A stretch of DNA of 63,988 bases, filler included, from Octopus bimaculoides (Eukaryota): NCBI RefSeq assembly GCF_001194135.2. It is 5 parts of 5 records of this genome, joined end to end, with 100 filler letters (N's around TTAATTAATTAA, not from the genome) between each part and the next. Parts side by side here need not be neighbours in the genome. Positions count along the whole stretch, not along the records: positions 1 to 10,986 come from NC_068983.1; positions 11,087 to 39,043 come from NC_068987.1; 3 more parts are not named here. One strand, given 5' to 3'. Numbering within the stretch: position 1 is the first letter of the stretch; every line of letters starts with the position of its first letter. Both the position numbers and the translations under genes were made by a program. Shown here piece by piece: positions 1-11,352 of the stretch. The notes below the pieces were generated by a model. That model was not told where the DNA came from. It worked only from the letters and a program-made list of their open reading frames with translations, and did no database searches.

Positions 1-41
<41 letters not shown>

Positions 42-789
42 TTCTCGGAAAAACATAGGTGATGCTCGATTTAAATGTAATGTTTGATTATTCTATTAAT
101 GTTTGTCTTATAAATGTACGCGCGCGTGTGTGTATGTGTGTATGTGTGTGTGTTTGTGTGAGTATGTTTGCGTGTGTTCGAGTGAGATTGTGTATGTGTG
201 TGAAAGAGGGAGAGAAACTGTGTGTGTATGAGAGAGAGAAAGAGAGAGGAGGGAGGAAAAGAGTATGTGTGTGAATGAAGTGGATTTATTAATTCATGTA
301 ATGGACTTTTCAGATGGCGGTGGTTGTTTGTGCTTTCAAATCAGCAGACAGTGATACACTGAACCGATTTCATCAATATATCGAATATTGATATCTCTAC
401 AAAATGTCATGTATCTCAGACTCATAATGGCAGTTGAAGCGGTTGTTTTTGGTTTTGTTTTGCGTTTGCGTCTTATTTTAATTCGGGCTTGGTGGATGTG
501 TTGGCATTTTGCTGGTTGTTGGTTGTAGTTGTATGACGTTGCGTATGTTATGTCGACATGAGGTGAGAAGGATACAGCTTTTGGACATGCAGTTAAATAA
601 CGATAAACAATCAAGAACGCCCATAAAGACGAACATTAGTACATAGACAGCCTATGAAGTGAATGCTGAGAATCTACTTTGAGAGTACAATTAAACAGCA
701 AATAATTAATAAAACATATTTATTGCATAATAATATTTTTGAGGATGTGATCATCTGTATTTATGAATAGATGTGGGATTATAGGTGTG

Positions 790-827
<38 letters not shown>

Positions 828-959
828 ATGTGTGTNNNNNNNNNNGTGTGTGTGTGTGTGTGTGTGTGTGTGTGCATGTGTGTGTGTATAGCTGTGTGTT
901 TAGTTGTGTGTATGTGTATCCATGGGTGTATGCGTACATGAGATGTGTGCGTGTGTGTG

Positions 960-992
<33 letters not shown>

Positions 993-1129
993 AGACTGTA
1001 TTAGTTGAGCGTATAGAATATTTTGTGGTTGGTAGAGAGAGACTAATATAATTTCAATAGTTTATACATTGTAGGTTTATACAAATAGCTACATTTAGAG
1101 GGATACAGATGTCTATGGCTGACACGCAC

Positions 1130-1185
<56 letters not shown>

Positions 1186-1606
1186 GTGTGTGTGTGTGTG
1201 CGTGTCTGTAGGAAATTATTTGAAAGAATATATTCATGTTCTCTCTCACACATTGAGCCATAAACGCGAACACAATCACAGCTAACAACCAGTCAGGTTT
1301 ACGTTTTCTCTGACCTTTGCTCGTCATGCAATATACATGGGTTCTCTGTGGCCCAACGGATGTGTCTAAATCATCATTAAAACTCAGCAACAAGAAGCAG
1401 AAATACTTGTAACATAAAGCAAGCATCGTCCGCCATTTTGTTGCACTACTTCTCACCAGCCACATCTAAAACATTGATTTTCCAGATGGAAGTCATTCTT
1501 GAGAATTTTGCTATCTTGCGTATGATAAAATTCCTACACCATCTGCAAGCACCCACGCATTCAGTCAGTGAAATTCAAGCCAGTGGCGGACAAAAGCTCA
1601 TGAACT

Positions 1607-1757
1607 ATTGACGGATATTTGTCCTCATCTTGTTTGTTTTTCACACAACGTTTCGGCTGACATACCCTCCAGCCTTCATCAGATGTTTTCTTGAAGAAAT
1701 TTCGAACCTGGGTTTTTATTCCTAAGGTATTTTTCGATGTTTTTGTTGTTGTTGTTG

Positions 1758-1802
<45 letters not shown>

Positions 1803-1866
1803 TCACTGCCTGGAATCGAACTCGGAATCTTGGGGTTAGTAGCCCGCGCTCTTAACCACTACGCCA
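1607..1866 (-). mobile_element. tRNA-derived SINE with hammerhead-like tail, complete copy A (left arm of a palindromic dimer)
   Basis: Minus strand: A box TGGCGTAGTGGT, B box GAGTTCGATTCC, (AAT)n(AAC)n linker, then CTGATGA-A-GGCTG..CAGCC-GAAACG..CGTC. Confidence 0.8.
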
Positions 1867-1879
1867 TATGCCCGTGGGC

Positions 1880-1886
1880 ATTTGGC

Positions 1887-1956
<70 letters not shown>

Positions 1957-2797
1957 CAACATCGAAAAATACCTTAGGAATGAGAACCCAGGTTCGAAAT
2001 TTCCCCACGACATCCGATGAAGGCTGGAGGGTATAGGGAGTTCCTATAAGGTTGTTATCCACCCCTGATTGGAACTCTCCCGAATGACATGTACGCATGC
2101 TCAGTGACTTGCTTTAACAGTTGCAATCAGCTGAATGCACATTGCCAGTGACCTTTGACATAATTATCCACACTCTGTNNNNNNNNNNNNNNNNNNNNNN
2201 NNNNNNNNNNNNNNNNNNNNNNNNNNNNNNNNNNNNNNNNNNNNNNNNNNNNNNNNNNNNNNNNNNNNNNNNNNNNNNNNNNNNNNNNNNNNNNNNNNNN
2301 NNNNNNNNNNNNNNNNNNNNNNNNNNNNNNNNNNNNNNNNNNNNNNNNNNNNNNNNNNNNNNNNNNNNNNNNNNNNNNNNNNNNNNNNNNNNNNNNNNNN
2401 NNNNNNNNNNNCTGTCTGAAGTATCGTCCGATACTTCAGACTTATCGTCCGATGAATTTACTTTGTTGACATTCTTCATCGACAGAATTTTTATTCCTTT
2501 CAACCTTTCAGTCAAGTCCGCCTTTCTTCCAGTAACATACTGTCCATATAATCTTAAATATTTCTTTAACTCAGGCACAGTAAGTACTTCGATAGCTGAA
2601 TCATCAAGCTGCTTTATATCCATGATAAGACGTAAAACAATAACAATGGCGTGGGTAGTCTGCGGAAGTTTAATTATCTACATGGAGCGCCGCCTAGCCA
2701 AGGGAGATAACTTACTTATAGGAAAGCCCTATATCAGCCGAAACGTTGTGTTAACAACAAACAAGACGAGGACAAATATCCGTCAAATGTAAATAAG
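1880..2797 (+). mobile_element. Copy B of the same SINE (tRNA body deleted), split by a DNA transposon at 2035-2730
   Basis: tggcgta-(AAT)n-aacatcgaaaaataccttaggaatgagaacccagg..gaaggctggagggtat [insert] atatcagccgaaacgttgtg..atccgtcaaatgtaaataa, the reverse complement of 1607-1800. Confidence 0.8.
2035..2730 (-). mobile_element. Short TIR DNA transposon derivative carrying a SAP-domain ORF and a partial SWIM-like motif (ISL2EU/PHIS-like? unresolved)
   Basis: TIRs AGGGAGTTCCTATAAG / CTTATAGGAAAGCCCT (14/16 match). AT target duplication (or TATA if termini are GGG/CCC). ORF 2114-2623 has SAP-like LTVPELKKYLRLYGQYVTGRKADLTERL and, after the gap, VWIIMSKVTGNVHSADCNC. Confidence 0.7.
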
Positions 2798-3380
2798 GTT
2801 AATATGTTTGCTTCTGATATTCACCTTTTCTTTTGTTAATTCAGCTTCTTTAAAGAATTACTGTCTCTTTAGCTCTCCTTTATACCTACATATACAATGA
2901 TGTACAATGGTTATTGTCACCAAAGTTCGCGCTACGCTATCAAAATCAGCTAACTATTCTGACATAAAGATTGCTAATAGAAAAAAACAAAAAAGAAAAA
3001 AGAAAGAAAGAAATGAACGTGACTTACTCTTTGTTTCTGAGCGTGTCTTATCAGATTTGAAAATAATTTACCAGCAGATTATAACAGAATATTGCAAGAG
3101 CAGAATAATTATAAAAAAAATCTTCTTTAGTTAATGAAATTTCAATGAATTTATGACATACAACTTAACTAACAGAGAATGTGATCTTTAGGTCGTTCAC
3201 CTTTCGGTGCTTATTTTTTTTTTTCATTCTTCTCTCGTTCTTTGGCCATACATCCAGTGCCATACTGTGATACATGGGGTTGTGGTGCATACCTTGCTAT
3301 CTCTAAACGATTAAATGTTTCTTAAAAGGAAATAAGGAATTCATACATTAGTTAAGGTGCTTTAATAATTTGTGATAAGC

Positions 3381-3790
3381 AAGGCAGAGAGCTGGCAAAA
3401 TCGTTAGCAATGCTTAGTGGAAGTTCCTCCGTCATTACGTTCCGAGATCAAATTCCGTCGGGGTCGACTTTGTCTTCCATCCTTTCGGGATCGATAAAAT
3501 AAGTACCAGTTGAGCACTGGGGTCGACGTAATTGATTTACTCCATCCCTCGAAATTGCTAGCCTTGTGCCAAAATTTGAAATTAGTATTTGTGGTAAGTA
3601 AAGCGACGAGCTGGTAGAACCGTTAGTACGCCGGACAAAATGTTTATTTCGTCCGTCTTTACGTTCTGAGTTCAAATTGCCTTTCATTTTTCGGGGTCGA
3701 TAAAATAAGCACCAGTGGTGCGTTGGGGTCAATGCAATTGACTTAACCCCAAACCCGAAATTGCAGGACTTGTGCCAAAATTTGTAACTA
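3381..3790 (+). mobile_element. Two tandem copies of a tRNA-like SINE (family 2)
   Basis: Two ~200-bp units: gagctggcaaaatcgttag..gagttcaaatt..ggggtcgataaaataagtaccag..gtgccaaaatttg. Confidence 0.75.
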
Positions 3791-4281
3791 ATGTTTGTGA
3801 TGAGTCTACTATATTTGGTGGATGTGTAGTATACAACATGGAGTAAGTACATCAGAAAATTACACTCTGTTACATACCTAACTCCTCATCCGTTCCATAT
3901 TAAGTATGTCTGTTAAAATAACAACCCAACATCGTTTAAATGTACTGGACTACTTTCAAACGTCAAGCGAGCTTGATGTTTAGTACTGGAAAGCGAATGG
4001 AAATAATTTTCCCATGTCTTTTTGACAGGCTCAAGCATCACACTGGCGCTCACACACACAGTCACACACGCACACACACACACAGACTCATACGCGCGCA
4101 CACATAGGAGCACACATGCACATACATACACACACGTAAACGAGTCAACGAGCGAGCCTCTGTGCGGTCGCTCACCCTAAAAGAAATAGCAGCTAAATCT
4201 CTCTCAATCTACACCATTCCATCAATAAAAATTACTGAAATGAAAATGGATGGTTAATATTGAAATATTAACAGCACAGAA

Positions 4282-5081
4282 TTGATCAAGGATACCCTCA
4301 TTGAATCCAACCAGGTGGTGAGTCAAGATGTGATAATGCTGTTCACCAAAGTTCCAACTGGTGAAGCACTATCGGTGATTTCAGAGAAACTATTGACAGA
4401 CACCCATCTAAAAGAACGCACTAGTATACCAATAAAAAACTTGATGGAAATGTTGACCTTCTGTGTAGAAACTACCTACTTCAATATGGACACTGATATA
4501 TATCGACAGCAGAGGGTTTAGCTATGGGTTCGCCATTAACACCGATAATAGCCAATTTATACATGGAATACTTCGAGAATTTGGCTTTAGGATCAACACC
4601 ACTAAAACCAACCCGATGGCTGGGATATGCTGATGACACCTTTATACTCTGGCCTCACCAGGAAGATGTCCATGTGCTGTTAAATCATGTGAACTCAATA
4701 AAGCCATACATACAGTTCACAATGGGAAAGGAAAAAGACAATCAGATAGCATTTCTGGACGTATTAATAACATGCACCAAGTATGGATTCAGGACATCCG
4801 TATACCGCAAGCCAACTTTCACTGGACGATACCTCAACTTCAATTCCCACCATCCATACAGGGTAACGAGAGGGATTGCTCAGTGCCTAAAACATCGAGC
4901 AAAGACTATAAGTAGCGATCTTGATACCCACTACAAAGTAATGATCAAGCTCAGTAACAATCTATTAAGTAACGACTACCCCAAAAACATACTATCCACT
5001 CCAATTATGAAGAAAAGGGAGGATGAAACCAATAAACTGTCCACAGTCTGCCTACCCTTTGTAAAAAAAGCCTCTCCATAA
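4282..5081 (+). mobile_element. Penelope-like retroelement RT fragment (frameshifted, 3'-truncated)
   Basis: Motifs D-V-x-x-LFTKVP, (G)LAMGSPLTPIIANLYMEYFE, W-x-x-YADDTF, IQFTM..FLDVLI, VYRKPT.TGRYLNFNSHHP. Frameshift near 4515. Confidence 0.88.
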
Positions 5082-5085
5082 TAGC

Positions 5086-5252
5086 CTACGGCTATATGGC
5101 ATAGTGGTTAAGAGCGCAGGCTACTAACCTCAAGATTCCGAGTTCGTTTCCAGGCAGTGACTTGAATAATAATACCATCAAATGAGAGCCCAAGACACCT
5201 GATGAAGGCTGGAGGGTACATCAGCCGAAACCTCAAATGTAAATAATGTAAT
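5086..5252 (+). mobile_element. Copy C of the hammerhead-tailed tRNA SINE, internally deleted, with 5' hairpin
   Basis: ccataatagcctacggctatatggcatagtggttaagagcgcaggctactaacc..gagttcg..cctgatgaaggctggagggtacatcagccgaaacctcaaatgtaaataatgta. Confidence 0.8.
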
Positions 5253-5769
5253 ATCGAACAGCAACCTGAGGCTACACACACACACACACGCACACATGCA
5301 CGAACAAAATATTCGAATCACATATATATACATAAACACACACAAACACAGGTATGCACCAGTATTTAATGATACACGTACACATATATGAATACATTTA
5401 AACAAAATACGCTCATGCACACTGAAAAATACATTTGTATACACTCACACGCAGCAGGAACGCAACACATTAGAGAAGATAATGGAAAACTCGTATTAAA
5501 CGCAGAAGCAGACTTATTTAATATTTTATTTGATATTTTATACAAAAAGGTGTACATGAAGAAGCACACACAAATACACACGGAGAGACAAACTCATAGA
5601 TAACTACACACGTTACAGGCATGTACACTTTGTGTAATTACCGCACAAACATACACATATTATAAGTACACATACACTGGCACATTCATTCTGTCTCAAT
5701 CAATAGATGTTTTTGTGTGAAGCTGAATATAGCATAAGATATATTTCTTCACTTTCGATACGCACAGCG

Positions 5770-5867
<98 letters not shown>

Positions 5868-6240
5868 GCGCGCGCGCAACAAAGTACGCTCAGAGTCATT
5901 CACCTCTAAATATACAAGACAGCAACATATATTAGGCTTCGCTATCATAGGTCAATGTCCTCAGCATATCAAAAACTGCAACACAAAGACGGATCTTCCT
6001 TTCCGTAACAAGAAAGATCTTTATTACCTGACAACTTCTTAACCTTTTATAAGTTTAACAGTAACCCGTGGAATACTGACTGCTCTTACATCTGAGACAG
6101 TGCTGTAGCTACACATTCTTGTATCCAAGATCGCATCTGACAAAAGGCTAACATAATCATCACCACGAAGTCGCTCGAGAACAACATATTCCAGCCTCTG
6201 GCAAAATAAATGCGTATTTTCTTCACTTAATGCTTTCACA

Positions 6241-6620
6241 GTGGAGGCGCAATGGCCTAGTGGTTAGGGCAGCGGACTCGTGGTCATAGGATCGCGGTTT
6301 CGATTCCCAGACCGGGCGTTTATTGAGCGAAAACACCTAAAGCTCCACGAGGCTCCGGCAGGGGATGGTGGCGAACCCTGCTGTACTCTTCCACCACAAC
6401 TTTCTCTCACTCTTACTTCCTGTTTCTGTTGTGCCTGTAATTCAAAGTGTCAGCCTTGTCACACTGTGTCACGCTGAATATCCCTGAGAACTACGTTAAG
6501 GGTACACGTGTCTGTGGAGTGCTCAGCCACTTGCACGTTAATTTCACGAGCAGGCTGTTCTGTTGAGAGGATCAACTGGAACCCTCGACGTCGTAAGCGA
6601 CGGAGTGCCAACAACAACAA
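6241..6620 (+). mobile_element. tRNA-derived SINE (family 3), near full length
   Basis: A box TGGCCTAGTGGT, B-box-like GGTTTCGATTCC, body shared with 29712-29972, (AAC)n tail. Confidence 0.8.
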
Positions 6621-7070
6621 TGCTTTCACAATGACCCTGTATTTTGGGACTGACTGTTCTCATGCTCGCTCCACTCAGACACACCGGCTCATTTGACCCA
6701 TTTCTCCCCTACTCATTGCCCATACTTTCTGTTCCCATCATATACCTCCTCTACATTAATCTTCCCGAGTAACAAGCTGACCATTTGGAAATTTACTCTT
6801 GCTCATGATTTTACTACAGCTGCGACTAGACGTGTGGCTATGACTATTCAAGAGGAACTTTACTCATGTCTATCTCACCGGTTCAGAAAACCATGGCACA
6901 ATTCCTTTCTTTCAAAACAAACAAATAAAAAGGAAAGAATAGAGATACAGAACGAGCATTCATACACACACACCACTCATTTTCCTACATATAAACATGT
7001 TACAAACATGCATACACATATCAGACATAATATAAATGTTCGTTACCAGCCACGTTTGCGTGCACATATT

Positions 7071-7200
7071 CTTTAGTCGAAGAAATCGACCCCAGGAATT
7101 ATTCTTTGTAAGCTTAGTACTTATTCTATCGGTCTTTTCGCCGAACCACTAAGTTACCTGGACGTAAATACACCAATATCAGTTGTCAAGTGATGTTGGG
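7071..7200 (-). mobile_element. 3' fragment of the main SINE family (family 1)
   Basis: Reverse complement of the gatagaataagtact..ggggtcgatt..cgactaaag segment at 9160-9230. Confidence 0.7.
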
Positions 7201-8902
7201 AGTTCATATACAGACTCACAAATACATGCATCCCCTCACCACCACCCCACCGCCACCCCAAACCCCAACACCACCACCCCACACAACCACACAGCTCACC
7301 ACCCCACACATCTCACCACCATACCACACCGCCACACCACATCAAACCACCCCCACACACATGCACTAACCACATCCACACACCTACGCATGCACACACG
7401 TACACGCCAATGTCACCAGCCCCCTTCCGCACGCACATACACGCTCTCACATACTTACGCACGCGCACCTTCGTTTTGGGATCACCACTATTTTATCTCT
7501 CCTTCTTCCTAGCTCTCCTGTGTGACCCCTCTGTCCCGCATTCGCCATGATAGATNNNNNNNNNNNNNNNNNNNNNNNNNNNNNNNNNNNNNNNNNNNNN
7601 NNNNNNNNNNNNNNNNNNNNNNNNNNNNNNNNNNNNNNNNNNNNNNNNNNNNNNNNNNNNNNNNNNNNNNNNNNNNNNNNNNNNNNNNNNNNNNNNNNNN
7701 NNNNNNNNNNNNNNNNNNNNNNNNNNNNNNNNNNNNNNNNNNNNNNNNNNNNNNNNNNNNNNNNNNNNNNNNNNNNNNNNNNNNNNNNNNNNNNNNNNNN
7801 NNNNNNNNNNNNNNNNNNNNNNNNNNNNNNNNNNNNNNNNNNNNNNNNNNNNNNNNNNNNNNNNNNNNNNNNNNNNNNNNNNNNNNNNNNNNNNNNNNNN
7901 NNNNNNNNNNNNNNNNNNNNNNNNNNNNNNNNNNNNNNNNNNNNNNNNNNNNNNNNNNNNNNNNNNNNNNNNNNNNNNNNNNNNNNNNNNNNNNNNNNNN
8001 NNNNNNNNNNNNNNNNNNNNNNNNNNNNNNNNNNNNNNNNNNNNNNNNNNNNNNNNNNNNNNNNNNNNNNNNNNNNNNNNNNNNNNNNNNNNNNNNNNNN
8101 NNNNNNNNNNNNNNNNNNNNNNNNNNNNNNNNNNNNNNNNNNNNNNNNNNNNNNNNNNNNNNNNNNNNNNNNNNNNNNNNNNNNNNNNNNNNNNNNNNNN
8201 NNNNNNNNNNNNNNNNNNNNNNNNNNNNNNNNNNNNNNNNNNNNNNNNNNNNNNNNNNNNNNNNNNNNNNNNNNNNNNNNNNNTATATATAGTCTTCGTA
8301 GTCTTACTGACATTGCGACGACCTGCGATTCAGATCAGACACTGTTTCATTACTGCGCCAATCCTGTTATATCTGCTTCGTTAATCAGCGATTAACGAAA
8401 TTATCCCACGCATAATTAAAATATGTTCATACGACGTAAATGACGTAAATCAAATTCCGCATTAACTGAATCTACGAGATATACTTATGCTCAAATAGAC
8501 AGTGTCAGATACATTGAAATGAACACGTACGCATGCAAACACAGGAGCTTCTAAGTGGTTACACGACCTGCTAGACATAGCAAGCAACTCTTGCCTCAAA
8601 TCTTGCCCTAATTTCTTAAATATGGCCACGTTGGATAATGGGATAATGGGATTCAGGATTTTTTCAGGAAAAAATAGGATGATCCCAACAGAACTCCTTT
8701 TGCTTAAAGTTTCTGCTTTGATTAGGATTGACTAGGGGCTAAACAACACACACACATACATGCATACATACATACATACAGACAGGCAGACACGCGTGCG
8801 CATGCCCCCCCCCCCACTGCTATTCAATGATATACTTATACACTTGTGCGTCTACACCAACACAGCAAAGCATTGTCTCTCATTCAAATATCTTCATCAT
8901 GC

Positions 8903-9280
8903 ATAGGCGCAGGAGTGGCTGTGCTTACCAACCACATGGTTCCGGGTTCAGTCCCACTGCGTGGCACCTAGGGCAAGTGTCTTCTACTATAGCCTCGGGC
9001 CGACCAAAGCCTTGTGAGTGGATTTGGTAGATGGAAACTGAAAGAAGCCCGTCGTATATATGTATATATATATATGTGTGTGTATGTGTTTGTCCACCTA
9101 GCATTGCTTGACAACCGATGCTGGTGTGTTTATGTCCCCGTCACTTAGCGGTTCAGCCGAAGTGACCGATAGAATAAGTACTAGGCTTACAAAGAATAAG
9201 TTCCGGGGTCGATTTGCTCGACTAAAGGCGGTGCTCCAGCATGGCCGCAGCCAAATGACTGAAACAAGTAAAAGAAAAGA
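8903..9280 (+). mobile_element. Main SINE family 1, near full length
   Basis: ataggcgcaggagtggct..ggttcagtcccactgcgtggcacc..gggcaagtgtcttctactatagcc, internal (TA)(TG) tract, tail ggtgctccagcatggccgcag..gaaacaagtaaaaga. The body recurs many times in the window. Confidence 0.85.
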
Positions 9281-10986
9281 GATGTATTTTTCGAAAACCA
9301 GCCTTGAAATATTACACAATGAAGACAGGGATAGGAAACAATAAATACACGCCATTCACTTTGACCACGATTTTGGGTTCTGTTTTTCATTGAACACACA
9401 CACACACACACACACACAGAAGGTGTCACGGAAGTTCTGCCACCTGTAACTTCTACAACTACTCTGCAAACACTGCCAAATTCTCAGAATTTGGAAGCTG
9501 GTTCAAATTAAAATAATTCTAAAACGATTAAAACCTAAATGAAATATCATCATACAGACCCTTCTTTCTCCTACGGATACTCCAATAATAAAATATAAAT
9601 CTGGAAAAATCAATCATTGACATCACTAAATTACATCTCCCTCTTTCTTCCTCTCTCTTTCTCTCTCTCTAAATCAAACCTCTGAGCTTAACCAGCTCAT
9701 AGCTCACCAACCTAACAGAAAATACATGACGGTTTCAACAACAAACACCTTCTACATGTACTGCCCTTGCTGTATTCGACATCAGCATAGATTTTCATTC
9801 CATTTCCTGCTATCTACTCATACAAAAAGAAATAAAAATGAAAAAAAAGCATAACACCGCTTTTAACAAATGCATAACACCACCTTTTAACACAAAATAC
9901 TGGCTAACAAACAGCCTGTCAGGCCACCGAACCAATGCAGAGTACAAGAATATCACTTGCATAAACTGCAATTTCCCGAACGGAATGCTACAGGCATCTG
10001 TCTCTACACTGCTCTTAATTTTTTTTCCTCTTTCCTCTCCCAGTCATGGTGTTTTGTTCTGCTCCCTCTCTCTCTCTCCCTCTCTCTCTCCACCAATCAA
10101 TCAATTAATCAATAAATCAATAAATCACTCACTCACTCAATCAATCAATACATCTACATATGCTTCCTGTTCTTATGCACCATGGTACGTTATGCTTATG
10201 TTTTCTACTAGGCCATATTAAACATGTCATCTTTCTGAATGCAAATACCGCTGTAAAATAAACATAGAGGTAAGTGTCTTTCCACCTCTCTCATTGGTTC
10301 TCTTTCTGTACCCATTCCCCTATTTTCCACCACAACATACTCCCTATTATACTCCCCCTTCTCTCATTCCTTTCTACGTGTCTCTTTCCTAATTTCCTCT
10401 CTTTTTTCACACGCTATATTCTTTTCTCTTCTTCTTGATCCCTCCTCCTCTCTCTTAGTAATTTCACACTTTCTCAGTTCCCACTCTCACTCGTACATTA
10501 TCAGCATTTTGCACTCATTCAGTTGCTTTTATTCACACTCAAATCACTATCTTTCCTCAATCGTTCTGTTTCGCTCAGTCTTTCCCCCTCCCCACTTTCT
10601 TAGATCTCGTTCATTCTCACTCTGCCCTCTACTCACTATATTTTCTCATATTATCTATATCCTCTTAAATCACACCCTCTCATCATTTCCTAGTCACTTA
10701 GTCCTTTCCCTCTCTCATTGATCTTAACGCTCTCAGTAAATATCTCACCTCACTCTCTCATTCCTCCCCTCTCATACATTCTCCCTGCTATATTAACCCC
10801 TCATTTTTATTCACTTTCTTTCTCTCTCATTGGCAAACTAAAAAACATCTAAAAAACACCCCATCTAAAAAACACCCACATCTCTCTCCCCCTCTCTCTC
10901 TCTCTCGGTCTCTCTCTCTCTTTCTCGGTCTCTTTCTGTTTCTCTCGGTCTCTCTCTCTCTTTCTCTCGGTCTCTCTCTCTCTCTC

Positions 10987-11086
10987 NNNNNNNNNNNNNN
11001 NNNNNNNNNNNNNNNNNNNNNNNNNNNNNNTTAATTAATTAANNNNNNNNNNNNNNNNNNNNNNNNNNNNNNNNNNNNNNNNNNNN
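10987..11086. other. Artificial 100-bp join spacer (44 N + TTAATTAATTAA + 44 N)
   Basis: Exact 44/12/44 layout; the 12-mer has stops in all six frames; the same layout occurs four times. Confidence 0.9.
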
Positions 11087-11297
11087 GAATAGGGGATGGA
11101 AAGTTTTGTATGTCTAGGGTGGGAGGAGGAGAAGTTGAGATAGGAGTGTGAGTCTGTGTGTTTGTAGTGGATGGAGGTGCTAAGGGCGGAGTGGAGGATG
11201 CTGACCGAAATGTCGAGAAAGGGGACAGAGGTGTCAGAGATAGTACAGGAGAAGTGGAGGGCAGGATGGAAAAATTGAACGAAAGAGAGGAACGAGT
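11087..11297 (-). mobile_element. Penelope-like RT fragment, a second divergent lineage
   Basis: FHPALHFSCTISDTSVPFLDISVSI..LSTSIHYKHTDSHSYLNFSSSHPRHTKLSIPY, matching the PLE pattern FLD..YxKPTxxxxYLxFxSxHP. Confidence 0.8.
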
Positions 11298-11317
11298 CAA
11301 GATGTATGTGTGTATGT

Positions 11318-11352
<35 letters not shown>

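Noticed and set aside
1800-1866. tRNA genes at SINE heads (also 5110, 6250)
   Set aside because: A and B boxes are present but there is no acceptor stem, and they continue into SINE bodies.
7447-8395. Long ORFs spanning N runs (also 28896, 31820, 40389, 42857, 58895)
   Set aside because: Length comes from X residues across gaps.
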